Source: Epiperipatus broadwayi (lineage: Eukaryota > Animalia > Onychophora). Taken from it: a stretch of 64,000 nt of DNA. The stretch spans positions 23,746,001 to 23,810,000 of the forward strand of contig JAQFVV010000004.1 of assembly GCA_028023455.1 (NCBI GenBank), read 5' to 3'. The number at the start of each line of letters is the position of its first letter. Positions within the stretch are counted from its first letter, which is position 1. The translations under genes and the position numbers were made by a program. Below are positions 1 through 12,556 of the stretch, piece by piece. Under the pieces are notes generated by a model that was given only the letters and a program-made list of their open reading frames with translations, ran no database searches and had not been told where the DNA came from.

Positions 1-622
1 TTTAAAAATAGCAATATATATTGTAATCTTCTGAATAGGCACAAGAAACAAATTTTAAGTATCAGTAATAACTAGTTGCATTTAACTAAAAAAAAAAAAA
101 AAGAAATAATCTGAAATTTTAAGAATTTTTCTTTAATAATCCAAACCTTGTTTAGAAAGTACATGCCGATATTATTTGGAAGTTTTAAGACATTTAATAA
201 AGGGGGGTGGCTTGTCACAGAAATTGTTGGTGTATAGGTTGAGTTGATACAGATTTGTCTTATTGGTCTGTAAGACAGTGGTTGATATTTGTTTACTGAT
301 TTTCTGGTTTATTTGCTCATTGATACCACAGCCCATAGTATAATTAGTACAGTAAATTTGACTCACGGTCATAAAGGCTTCCATTTGATCAGATTGGTTT
401 GGTATTTATAGTGTAACATATATGTGTATGCATGTATGTTTGTGCCATCTTACAATTTCATTTTTCCTTCATGTGCTTAATTAAAATACTGAATAGTATG
501 TTTCACAGTGAAATATTTAAATTTACAATAAATGTCTTTGAAAACCAATTTAAATACATTTTGAGTGATTAATGGATAAATGGATCAGTGAATTGTCAGA
601 CAGAACAAATACCCTATCAACT

Positions 623-662
623 ATTGGTGGTCGAGAGGTCAGCGCGACTGCCTAAAAAAAAA
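623..662 (+). mobile_element. 5'-half copy of a tRNA-Gly-derived short retroelement with poly(A) tail
   Basis: ATTGGTGGTCGAGAGGTCAGCGCGACTGCCT matches the 5' part of the 42571-42655 element. It stops at the start of the anticodon loop and is followed by A9. Candidate TSD AACTATT at 619-625 and 661-667. Confidence 0.7.
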
Positions 663-811
663 CTATTTTATTTGCTAAAGAATTATTTTATCTTATTCTT
701 CTAGAAATGCAGAATATATTTTCTTTATATTGATTCAAGTTGATTAATATTATTTAGAAGACAAAATGATTTTTTTTTTCCAAAAGAGAAAAAGTTATTG
801 AATATTTTCAG

Positions 812-3532
812 CTAATTATCTCAGTGCAAATGGTGGGATTGATCTTTTGAAGTTGACCTTTGGGGGGAGTAATCTTTTAATTGGTGGAAAAAATGGATAT
901 CTAAGAAATAATTGGTAATAAAAGGGGGATAATACATAAGAAAGTAATCTGTATTTTATGACAGTCCTCACTCTACAAAGTGGTTCTCCTTCCAAAATCA
1001 AGTGGTTAATATTCGATTAAAATTAAAAAGTATGATTTTTTTTTAAATATTACTTTTATTATATGAAACTAGTTAAAAAAATTTCCCCGGAAGATAAAGA
1101 AAAGGATGGAAATGTAATATCAACTTCAAACAAGATATATCGCCATATGTTTTCAATTAACTAACTTTAGATTTAATATCATCATTTAAAATGCATATGT
1201 GTGTCTATAACTCCAATTCAAATTATCTAATCTTAACCTTTAATATTAAAGAAAAAATTAAATTGTATGAATTTTGCTATTTTATGGGAAAAGTTATGCT
1301 GAACTTTTAAACAAAACATTTCATAAACTCTAGATTAAAAAATTCTTCTGGCTATAAAAAAGTAAAATTCAAATGGAAGGATGTGTGTGCTTAATTTAGT
1401 GTAATATGCCCTAATTGTTATTATTGAATGAAATTATATCTAACCATTCATGTCTTATAGGATTAAGGAATTGAATGTGTGGTTTATATAACTAATGGAT
1501 AACTAACCTATATTCAATGTGCACATAACTTAATACGAGTAGAAGGACACAAATATCAAATGTGTACATTTTCTCATTGATCTCCTCATTTATATTTAAT
1601 CTATCACTAAAATATATTGTCATTTAAGGAATTATGTAGACTTAAGTAAATATTATAGATTAATTAACTATTTGCCTAATGGATAGCCTTTGATAATTTA
1701 TTACAAGTTCGTTGATAAATGTAATTATAATCAATGTTAGTTGATGAAAAACTATTGTTCCTTTTAAATTTGCAAGATGGAGTGCTGAGTTATAAAACTA
1801 TAAAACCACCAATTAATTAAATGGTAAAATATTACTAGAAATCTGCAGCAGTAAACATTAATTTGTCATTATTGAAAAGGAAATGTATTGAATACATCGC
1901 ATGCCATACCACCAGCAATTTCAATTATTTATTTGCTAAGAATTTGAGAAACTGCTCTTCAATTGAATCCAGAAATGTGTACTGTCCATCCTGCAGGAAT
2001 TTGTTTATATGTCTACTAATGTCTATCCATTTTATAATTATTGCCACTATCTCCGTATGTGCCTAAGAAGCATTAATCGCAGACTGTACAAATGGACTTC
2101 TATTTTCCAGCTAGAGAAGATTTAATCATTTCTTTTGTTGTTAGTACATGGTAGATAGGTCGATCAATTTATTTGTCTTTATTTTTTTATTATTTTCTTG
2201 TGCTCCAAGATGATCTCAGATATGTATAAAAATATTACACTGGAGTAATTGATCATTATTTCAATATAATTTTTTTGTTTTATACATGTATTCTATATGC
2301 TTATGTTAGTGGTAGAAATATTTATTTGCTATTATGAAGGTAGCAGCAAAGTATTCTTATCTTTGCATTTTCAGAGGAAGGGGTCTTTTTAATAATAATT
2401 ATTATACTTCAAAATTTAAAAAAATAATTCCTCATAAAAAAAAAAAATTATATTCGATTTAAAAAGGGGTAAGTATATAAAAGTACTGTCTTATCTTTGC
2501 ATTGTCAGATGATGAGGTCCATTTAATAATAATTATTATACTTCAAAATTAAAACATTTATAGTTTGTCATAAATTAAAATTTTATTTTGATTTATTAGT
2601 TAATATTAAATACACAAAAGTGTCATTTTATCTTTGCGTTATTAGAGATAATGAATTCTGTTTAATAATGATTATTGTACCTCAAAATTTGAAGCATTTA
2701 TAATTCTTCATGAATTAGAGATTTATTTTTGATTTATTAGTTAATGTTGGTATAATATCTAAGTATTGAATAAGATTTGAAATTATTTGGTGCATGGTTT
2801 TGCATGTGTGTGCTGTTTTGTGTGATTCATTTATATAATTGTTATATTTATAGTCACTTGATTTGTAATTTTCCAGTCATTTTTGAATAATGTAATATGC
2901 CAAAAAAAAGTGAAAGAATTAAGAATTTATCTAGGAATGAATTTTTTTTTTAATGTTTAGAATGAAATGTGTTAAGTAGCTATGAGGAAAGAAATCATTT
3001 AGGATATATATTATATTGTCAGGGATTGAAAGAACTCTCCCTTAGTTTTATTTAAATACTTATCATGAGTGGGTATTTTCTAGATTAAGCATTTATACAT
3101 TATGATGATTATATTATAAGGCATAAAGCAGTGTATTTCCCTTGTTTTTGGTGATGAGACTGACTCCACACCAATATTGAACTTCTGAGTAAGGTTAGGG
3201 AGTCACTATTTTGTTGTTTAGATTATTAGAATTAAAAAGATCTCCTTGACCCTCATGTGTCCATTTGGAATGTTTTCCCATCGTATATTCATAGTTATGT
3301 GTAATGTAGCTTGCTTATAAAAATAAAAGGTAGGATTAATTTCTTTTATGGAACATCTAAAGCAAAAGTCATTGGTTGGTCTATGGCATCATCTGTATTA
3401 TATTTTATCTCTTAATTTCATAAGTAAACCAATGGGATGTAGCTGTGTTAATTATAATACATGGCATAATACAGAAGCACACATGAAATACTATTGATTC
3501 TGAAAATATGAAAGAGATCTATCACTGGATTT
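812..3532 (+). pseudogene. Possible decayed multi-exon host gene, WD40-like fragments
   Basis: AG/GT-bounded exon-like islands: 812-914 (NYLSANGGIDLLKLTFGGSNLLIGGKNGYLRNN, WD40-like), 1777-1823 (contains TAA), 2210-2244 (MISDMYKNITL) and 3475-3532 (needs a frameshift; donor TTT|GTAAGT). Identity unverified. Confidence 0.3.
2350..2750. repeat. Diverged tandem repeat, 3 copies of ~135 bp
   Basis: Recurrent TTATCTTTGC...TTTAATAAT(A/G)ATTATT(A/G)TAC(T/C)TCAAAATT near 2355, 2490 and 2626. Confidence 0.8.
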
Positions 3533-3769
3533 GTAAGTTTTGGGTAAATATTTCAAATCATATCATAATAATTCATTTTAAATTTTAAATCATCAATTCC
3601 TCAGAATGATTCATCCTCATTTTGAATGAGTGAACAGAATGAAGGGGAAAAAGAAAGTGTAGCTAGTTAATAAAATTGTTCGATTGATTTATAAAGAATA
3701 GTGTGACCTCTCTAACTCATATGTTTAGATTGATATTGTATTGTTTAATTACCCGAGTGTTGGTTTGGT

Positions 3770-4140
3770 TGACATAGAATATTAGAATTATCTGATAACA
3801 CGTATGTAGGTGAAGCAAAAGTATAAAGATGTTTCTTTTAATGTTTAATTTCTCCAGTGTTAGTTTGTTAATAAATGTAATAAAGCATATTAGAATTAGC
3901 TAATAACATGTATATATTTGAAGTAAAAGTACAAAGAAGTTTATTTTAATGTTTAACTACTCCAATGTTAGTTTATTCAGTAATGAATATTGGAATTGGC
4001 TAATGTATATGTTTGAAGTAAAAGTACAAAGAAGTTTATTTTATTGTTTAACTACTCCATTGTTAGTTTATTCAGTAATGAATATTGGAATTGGCTAGTA
4101 ACATATATATGTTTGAAGTAAAAGTATAAAATGTTGATTT
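3770..4140. repeat. Tandem minisatellite, ~4 copies of 85-105 bp
   Basis: Repeated TGAAG(T/C)AAAAGTA(C/T)AAA...TTAGTTT...ATATT(G/A)GAATT(G/A)GCTA. Confidence 0.85.
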
Positions 4141-4336
4141 TGACTATATAATGTAATAAATGTTTTATTTATTAAAAACTTTGTTGAGAGTTGTTCTTTT
4201 ACATGCATTTGTATTCTTAGTTTCCACACCTACATATCCAATATGACATAATTGCACTATTCCATGAACTTAATAATAAATATGTTCAAATCTGATATTA
4301 TTTTCTCCAAATGTTATATGAAATGCTTAAGTAATT

Positions 4337-4805
4337 TGAACAGGCACTAACCTGTATTCAATGCATTTTAAAATTCGCAATAATCAAACATATTTTGCGA
4401 TAGAGGGATCTTCCAAACTACGACATAAGATAGCGACTTTTATAAAGATAAGAGCGGCAGTCTTATCTTTAACCTAAATGTCCATTTATATAAGCAAATC
4501 CGAAGCATCATGATTTGGAAGCATAAAATAATTGTTTTCTCCACTATTTAGATCCACTATTTCTTTTACAAATTAACCCACGTTAAATCTAGCGATTTAC
4601 AGTGAATTAATAGTGTGATCTTAATGTTGGAAATTCTATAAACTATTGAAGAGTAATAATTAATTTATAGAGTGCACAGAGAGCTTATGTAAATAGTCTG
4701 AACAGGCACTAACCTGTATTCAATGCGCTTTAAAATTCACAATAATCAAGCATATTTTGCTGATAGAGGGATCTTCCAAACCACGACACAAGATAGCAAC
4801 TTTTT
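4337..4805. repeat. ~105-bp direct repeat pair separated by ~257 bp
   Basis: TGAACAGGCACTAACCTGTATTCAATGC...GATAGAGGGATCTTCCAAAC...AAGATAGC at 4337-4441 and 4699-4805. Confidence 0.9.
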
Positions 4806-4997
4806 AGTTATTATTTAAATAATGATTTGAAATAAAAAGGCACCCTATTTCTTTCGTTGTCTAACTACTATTCCATTAGAACAATACTCAATTCTATAGT
4901 TATTATATAGTAGGAAATTTTAAATAAGTTATGTAATAAAATCCCCGAGATATTCCCTTATTGTTTCAAAGTAGATCTTACTTTAGTCACTTAAGTT

Positions 4998-5240
4998 AAA
5001 TTTATTACAGAGTAAAAGTTGATTAGTGCTATATCTTTGTTTTGTTTAATTTAAACTTATATAGTAAAAGTTGAGTAATGCTATATCTTTATTTCATTTA
5101 ATTTAAACTTATTACACGGTAAAAGTTGATTAGTGCTATATCGTTGTTTTATTTAATTTGAACTTATTATATAGTAACGGTTGATTAGTGCTATATCTTT
5201 GTTTCATTTAATTTATTATACAATAAAGATTGATTAGTGT
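4998..5240. repeat. Tandem minisatellite, ~5 copies of 55-60 bp
   Basis: Repeated GTAAAAGTTGATTAGTGCTATATC...TTTAATTT. Confidence 0.85.
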
Positions 5241-7524
5241 ATTTAGATGATGGGAGGAGATAAACTTGAATCATTAGTTTGGATGGAAGGAACTTTATCA
5301 ATTTAAATTGCTTATTTATTGCAAAACTCAGCAGATATTTTACTCTTATTGATTCATAATATTTCCTCTTGTATTTTATTTGCTTTTTACATATTATGGA
5401 ACTCTGTCGCCCCCACTGAGCTAAGCTATAGTTGGACAGTATTCTAAGAGTCTCGATAGTAATTCAAAGTAGTCAGATTAGTAAATTATTCTATTACCAA
5501 TAGAATTGGCACTCTGGATATTTATTCATAGGAGATGTAGGATTGGTGTTGGGAGAGTGTTACAATATATAATTTTACAAATTTAAAAAAACAAAGTATA
5601 TTGAAAATCATATATTAAAATAAAATAGACATTCCTTTTTATTTATTTATTTTATATCGTAATCATTTTGTTTTTTAAATATCGATTTTAAATAAATTAA
5701 ATGTTTTTAAAATAATGTATTGAATATGCAAAATTTAATGGGTACTTAAGTACTAGTCGATACCATTTAATGTTTTTCGTTTACTTATACCAAAACATAT
5801 AAACCCAAATAACTGCATACACATACTTTTAACAATAGTCTAATTAATCTATTTATTCATGTTAAAGATTATTTTTGAAATGTAAGCAGTAAATAAAAGA
5901 CAGATAAGGTACTCTTTACATTTGTGCTATTACGATTAAATATATATAAATAAAACCATCTATATACTTTATTAATATTTCGAATATATATATACACGCT
6001 ATTGATTCTATTATATCCTCCTTGAAATAGAATAGTCAACATAAACCTTAAAAACTATCACAGAATTATATATATAAACAACAACAACAACAAAAAGATA
6101 CATTGACTGTTAAAATATATATATAACTATTTTGTAATTTTAAATATTTAATACACTTATCTTTAATTATTGTAATTCTTATAAACTCATTGTAATCAGT
6201 ATTAGGAAAAAGATGAAATTCAAGACTTTTATAATGCACTGCGCATGCTTTCAATAGATCATTATGATTCTGGCAGTAAAGCATCTTAGTGCATTATAAA
6301 AGTCTTGAATTTCGACTTTTACTTTTTTTTAATACTGGATTACAATGAGTTTATAAGAAATACAACAATTAATAACACGGTAAACCAATTAATTTAAATA
6401 ATTTTAAAGTTAAAATTAGTTTAAATCTAAATTCATCCACTACAATATATATATAAACATCATTAAAAGCCAGTCAACACTTAGATAATCCTAATATCAA
6501 TAACAATCAACAATTTCAAACTATTGTCAAGGCAACCTCCTTTTAACAATAAAAGTGTATGCATACGTGACTGAAAATTATATATATATAAAGATGATTT
6601 GAACTCAGATTTTCAGGCACCCTTCAACTATCCACACTATCTCATACAACCAATACACATAACCATACACATGTAGAAAAGATAAATAACCACCAATATT
6701 TGAGTTCAAATCCCCTATACTTACAATTAAGCTCCCATGTTTGTGAAGAGTGCCTGGTTTTCAAATATTTATATGTAAAGATGAGCAACAATAAGATCAA
6801 TAAATTTGTTATGAGATCCAAAAATATTCTGAATACATAAAATCTATATGATCTGGGCAAAACTGACAATCTTAGAGCACTTACAACAAAACTAATACAT
6901 ATAAATTATAAAAATATCTTTTTTACTATATTAGATAAAGCTTAAATAAAATTCCATCCCCAAAGGAGGATAAAGTACTTTTATTTTTAAAAATATATAA
7001 AACATTAAATATTGGTATTCACATTTAGTAGTTTTAAATATATTATTTTAAAAAATACAATGAAGTTATTTTGAAAGCATTGAAGCATTAGTAATTGTCA
7101 ACTGCTGTTTAATTAACAACAAAAAAGGTTTTTTAACATTTCAGTCTCATGAAAAAATTACATTTACAAGTGAAATTTTAACAAATCTGAATATCGATAT
7201 AAAAGTAAGTTTACTTTAAAACCAAAAATTGTAACAAATTAATTGATCTTATATCAGTAACGTCTTTTTTTTAATTAAAAACTTTATTTTTGAATGCAAA
7301 GATGATTTTAGACTATTTAAGAGATAACAAAATCACAATTACTTAGGAAAATAAATAAAAGAGTAATTAATGAAAAATGTTATAGCATTTTTAAAAGGTT
7401 TAGACTATAAATAATCATAAACATATTACCAAAATCATCCTTTTCTTTATTTTGCTGTAATATCCTATATGAATACAATTTATTCAAACTACTTCGAACA
7501 CTTTGCAGCAAAACTCTTTATTTG

Positions 7525-7563
7525 TACATACATTTCAACTGTCCTGCAGTCTTTTTCAGAGCC
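7525..7563 (-). ncRNA. Degenerate minimal type I hammerhead ribozyme motif (PLE pseudo-LTR type)
   Basis: GGCT-CTGAAAA-A-GAC-TGCAGGACA-GTT-GAAAT-GTA. It differs from CTGAAGA...GTC-GAAACGTA by G8->A and two CpG->TpG changes. An inverted sister copy (CCGAAGA-AGAC..GTCTAAACATAGG) lies at 7597-7633 on the + strand. Confidence 0.6.
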
Positions 7564-8097
7564 AATTTACTTTAATCTCTTAAAAAAACGTTTTTTGGCT
7601 CCGAAGAAGACTGCAGGATGGTCTAAACATAGGTATATGTATATATAAAATACAAAAACATAAAACAATACAATACTAGATAAAAATCCAAACTTTACCA
7701 AATCCCTACACAACCATGGTCTCATCTACTAAACAAATAGATCTCAAGTGAAAATCAAACTAAAGAAGCAACATATATATATACAAAACAAACAAACCTT
7801 CCCATAATTCATTTCAAAAACCAAATTCCCTTTATATCAAAAAATATCTTCATAAGATTGATAACCTTGGATTCAAGAAGTTTTATCATTAAAGTTTCCT
7901 TTATTCTTCTCTTTAATTCATTCTTTTCATAAAAAATAACTGTTGCATTGACAAACAATATTTTATGACCTATATTCAATTCATAAATATATAAAACTGA
8001 GTTATGATACCTATGTTTAACTCTACTTATATGAACTTCAATCTTTTCATTAAGGCTAAATTTACTCTGACCTATATAAATCTTATTACAACCACAA

Positions 8098-8347
8098 AAA
8101 ATTAAAAGACTGAGTGAAATTGGGCTGGACATATTTCTAGAAGAAATGATAATAGATGGACAATTGAAATTTTAAACTGGATTCCAAGAGATTGTAAAAG
8201 ACCCAGAAAGAGATCACATGTGAGATGGATGGATCAAATAAGAAAGTATGCAGGGGTGATATGGAAAAAAGAAACTAAAGATCGGAGAAGATGGATTGAA
8301 CTTGGAGAGACCTTCATCTTGCAGTGGATTGATAATAGTTGATGATG
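8098..8347 (+). mobile_element. RTE-clade LINE 3' fragment
   Basis: Encodes GHISRRNDNRWTIEILNWIPRDCKRPRKRSHVRWMDQIRKYAG..WIELGETFILQW and ends in a GAT tail. TSD ACAAC(C/T)ACAA at 8088-8097 and 8348-8357. Confidence 0.9.
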
Positions 8348-8409
8348 ACAACTACAAGGAAACATAAATAATATCAGGAATAGATTTACTACCAATCGAC
8401 TGTTTTGGA

Positions 8410-10333
8410 GTGTTTTTAAAAAAGGCATAATGTTTCTTCTGTTTTAAATTTGTTTAATTATGTTTTGAATTTATTTGATTTGGCTATTTTAGGTAAAGGT
8501 CCTGGTTTTGTTTCTTTTACCAATAAAAACTTAGTTTTTGATTTTATTTTTGCTATTGAATGTAGTAGTAATATTTCTGATGAAGATAGTGTCTTTACAG
8601 GTTATTTTGAATAATCAATTGCTTAAAAGAGAAAAATGTGTTTTTGCCCCTAAGCAAATTAGTTTTTTTTAAAAAAAGATTGAAAATCAATGATGTTATC
8701 TTGTTAAAAGAAGATAAAGGTGGCTGGTTTGTATTGTTAAATGATATTGATTTTGAAAGTAAAGTTTCTTTAGAATTAAATAATGGAAAGTATGCTATTT
8801 TAGATTCTGATCCTGGTAAAAAAATTAAATGTAAATTGATTAAAATTATGAAAATTATGGAAAGTAAAAAGATTTTTGATAGAGCTATTTATTTAAGTTA
8901 TCCTAGTGATTATGTGGGTCCAAAGGTTTTCTTTAATTTGAAGTCTCATAAAGATATTTTCCTTTAAGATGTATTTTTGATTTTGGAGGAATTGTTGATA
9001 AAATATAAAAAATTTTAATAAGATTTTTTAAAGACTATATTAAATTAGGTCAATTTTGTGTTTCTTCAAATAGTTTTCTTTTAGATGATAATTGTGTTTT
9101 TGGTAGTTTAGACATTGAAAATACATATCAATCAGTTGATAAATTAAAAAGTATTGGTGTTTTTCTTTCAATTTAAAAAAACAAAACAATGTTTTTTGGC
9201 AGATAAGATTAAGATTATTCATGATTTGCTTTTGCTGTGAGAGGATTCAATGTATTTTATGTGTAATTATGTTTTTTTATAAAATTAAAGAGGGCTGGGT
9301 TATTGGTTATGTATTTCTTCTTTAATGTATTCTGTCTATATTGATTTTTTTGGAATGTAATGTTATTAATCAATTTTCTGTTTCTTTAAAATTATTTGTT
9401 AGGTATGTTAATGATTGTTTGTTTGTTATTCAGAAAGGAAAATTAAAGGAGTTTTTAGATGGATTGAATGCTTTGATTCTAGTATTAATTTTACTATTGA
9501 GGGTGGTAGTTTTGATTTTGTAAAATTAAAATTTTTGGATTTAAGTGTTGGGAAGGTTGATAATGTTTTATTTTGTAGTCATTTCATAAAACCTAAGAAT
9601 TTGAGAAATATGATTAGCCCTGATAGTTATCAGCCTTTTATGCATAAAAAATATCTTCAGTGAATTTTTGTTGTAGGAATAAAGGGCTTAATAACTTTAG
9701 TAATAATGCTGACATTCAAAAAGGTCAATCTACTGCTGATGAATTCATTAAAAACATTGTATTTAATAATAATATTTATAGTCATGACACTAATAGAAAA
9801 AAAATTATGGTTAGTAATGATAAAGAGTTTGGCTTTATCATTTAAATCATCAATTTATCATTTGGTTTATAAGAATAGTCATTTATTGGGAGAAATGAAG
9901 GTTGCATGGAAAAAAAGGTTCTTGTTTGAATTCTTTAATGAATGGTTCGAAACAGTCAATTGATAGTAAATCTATTCATGGTATTATTTATAAGATTCCT
10001 TGTAGTAGTAGCAAGATTTATATAGGTCAGAGTAAATTTAGCCTTAATGGAAGAATTAAAGTTCATATAAGTAGAGTTAAACATAGGTATCATAATTCAG
10101 CTTTATATATTCATGAATTGAATACAGGTCATAAAATATTGTGTGACAATGTAATGGTAATTTTTTTATGAAAAGAATGAATTAGAGAGAAGAGTAAAAG
10201 AAACTTTAATGCTAAAACTTCTTGAATCTGAGGCTATCAATCTTATGAAGATATCTTTTGATATAAAGGGAAGTTGGTTTTTGAAATAAATTACGGGAAG
10301 TTTTTTTTTTGTTTTGTGTGTATATATATATAT
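8410..10333 (+). mobile_element. Penelope-like element, decayed RT + GIY-YIG endonuclease
   Basis: Frameshifted fragments LLKEDKGGWFVLL, FVRYVND (RT site, mutated), LKFLDLSV and GIIYKIPC..IYIGQS (GIY-YIG). The 3' UTR continues at 12439-12556 after a solo-LTR insertion. Confidence 0.85.
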
Positions 10334-12438
10334 TGTAACAATATATAAATATGTCGTTACATTTATTTAAAATAAAAACTTAAAAGTTCGCAAATAAAAG
10401 GAAAAAACTAAACGCTAAAATTAAAATGTTTGTTAAACATATATATATTCGCACGGATGCTAAACTTTAAAAATATTTTTTTCATAAACAAGAAAAAAAA
10501 GTATTTGAACGTATTTTTTTAAATAAAAAAATACAAGATTGAAATATAAAAATATTTTAATAAAAAAATAACATAAGTTAAAATAAAAACAGGTATTAAT
10601 TAATTCCTGTAATCTGTAAATGGAAATGATTGTTTATTAATTATCTAAAAGCTGTTTAATTAAAAAGTCAGATGAAAAGTTAGATAAGAGAAGAAAGAGA
10701 TTTTAGCTTGACCAATGGAAGCAAATAAAGGCCCAGACCATAACGAAAAAAGAGAAAAGTGACGTTTTTGTTCATGGAATCCATAGGAGGACTATAAAAA
10801 GAAAAAAATATTGAGTTCCGGGCAGTTTTTCCAACTTGATTTGATGACAACGGTAAGACGCACTTGCCGTTCTCTCTCATTTTTTTTGTTTGTTTAAAAA
10901 AAAAATAAAATGAAAAGACTGTGATACCAGAATGGAACCAGCTAATGCTACCTCCAGAACATTTTCTTCCAATGGAGACGCCGAGGGAATTGCCAACAGG
11001 AACCTGGACTCTTATACTGTAAGCTATATTGACATGAACTCTAAATTAAAAAAAATAACTAAGAACTTTCGTTCAAGCTTATGAACTTCTATCTGACTTT
11101 TAAGTTTTTAAATCAAATTAATAATGTTTAATTTTATATGTTTCCTGATTGACAAACATCATTTCCATTTTTTTTCCTTATTGTAAAGATTATTTAAATG
11201 TATGAAATTTAAGTTGTTTATAGACGCTTGCATGGATTCGTTTGCGGTTAATTATATTTTGGTTTTCATATTTGATCAAAATATATAGACATTCAATAAA
11301 TAATGATACCTTACGGTGAGTATCTAAAATGTATTTATTCAGATGTCTTTTAAGTTATTGGTGACAACGCAAGTATCTTATGGTGAATACTATTGGGTTA
11401 CTTATAAGTTTCCCTCTGCGATTGTCGGTATCAATAATTTTGTATTTTGATCGTTTATGTTTATTTTGAAATGTTTTTGACCGTGGAATCTATGTAATCG
11501 ATCTATACCCAACATTTTTAAACAAATCTGTGCGAACGTATTTAAATGTTAAAATTAAGTCGGGCGTGAATGGCTATATAGTTTTGTAAAATTGTATTAA
11601 GGGAGGGTAATCTTAGGTTATTCATTTCGTAGTTGAATTGGTTCAATGGATTGGATATATTTGTGTAATTAGTAGATGTAGTATGAGGTCCGCTATGGGC
11701 AGGATTATAGATATACGCCACACACCCTCTGTTTGCCTATGGATGGGTTTGTAAGTCGGCAGAAGACCGCAGTCCATTCCTATGGAGTTTTTTGTTTATT
11801 GATCTACTTGCCAACAGATGTCACATTCCTGTTGGTGGAGAGTCGATGTCTTCTCTATTTCTACTTATTGTTCAGATGTACATTCCTGACAATATAGTAT
11901 TTTGTGTTGTCGTATCATGCTACATTGAATACATGAATGTATCAGATGGATTGGTGCCAGTTGATTGCGAAATTTGTTGCCTAAGGTTAAATCAGGGAAG
12001 AATATTTTCCTTTCAAATGCAGACCTATGTAGTCCATTCATACTCGACCCTCTAAATAAATAGTAAACTCATTATTTGCAATCTACTTAAATTTAGAATT
12101 AAAGATCAATATAAAATTATAAACGTTAAATTTATTCCTCAAAATTTAAATATTATTTTATATGTGCGTAAATAAATATTTTTATGTGTTAATTTCTGGC
12201 AGTGGCTTTTATTCTTTTATATTTAAGATATAAAATTTATAGATTTTTATCTCTGCGTCTCCGCTGAGCTAGTGACTTGGGCTAACGGTCGGAATATTTA
12301 AAGAAAGTGGAATCTTAACAGCGCATATCTGCCTACTTTATAAATTTTTCTAGGCTCAAATGCCTAGATGGCGCCCTTGTAATGCAGATATTGTTTTTGC
12401 GGTTAGATTCAATCTTCACTTTCATTCCGATTGGTACA
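10334..12438. mobile_element. Solo LTR (~2.1 kb) of a second long-LTR family
   Basis: TGTAACAAT...ATTGGTACA termini (8/9 inverted match) with ATAT at 10330-10333 and 12439-12442. The interrupted Penelope 3' UTR resumes after it. No internal coding domains or adjacent PBS. Confidence 0.8.
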
Positions 12439-12556
12439 ATATATATATATGTTGCTTCTTTAGTTTGATTTTCACTTGAGAAGGTCTATTTGTTTAGTAG
12501 ATGAAACCATGGTCATGTAGGGATTTTGGTAAAGTTTGGATTTCTATCTAGTATAG
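12439..12556 (+). mobile_element. Continuation of Penelope-like 3' UTR
   Basis: Reverse-complement homolog of 7676-7785 (GTTGCTTCTTTAGTTTGATTTTCACTTGAG...GGTAAAGTTTGGATTT). Confidence 0.85.

Larger units (their letters stand above)
7460..8407 (-). mobile_element. Penelope-like element, inverted 3' arm (GIY-YIG end, 3' UTR, pseudo-LTR terminus)
   Basis: The minus-strand frame KIYIGQSKFSLNEKIEVHISRVKHRYHNS...LKRRIKETL is the reverse-complement homolog of 9950-10300. It is split by an RTE insert and resumes at 8348-8407. 7460-7563 is homologous to 58500-58610. Confidence 0.85.

Noticed and set aside
5240-5565. Solo LTR suggested by TGTAAC on the minus strand
   Set aside because: No matching opposite end or TSD found.
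6642-6905. Membrane-protein-like ORF (also 13582-13932 and 16254-16813, minus strand)
   Set aside because: T-rich strands yield F/L/I/Y-rich frames by composition. No family motif or consistent exon chain.
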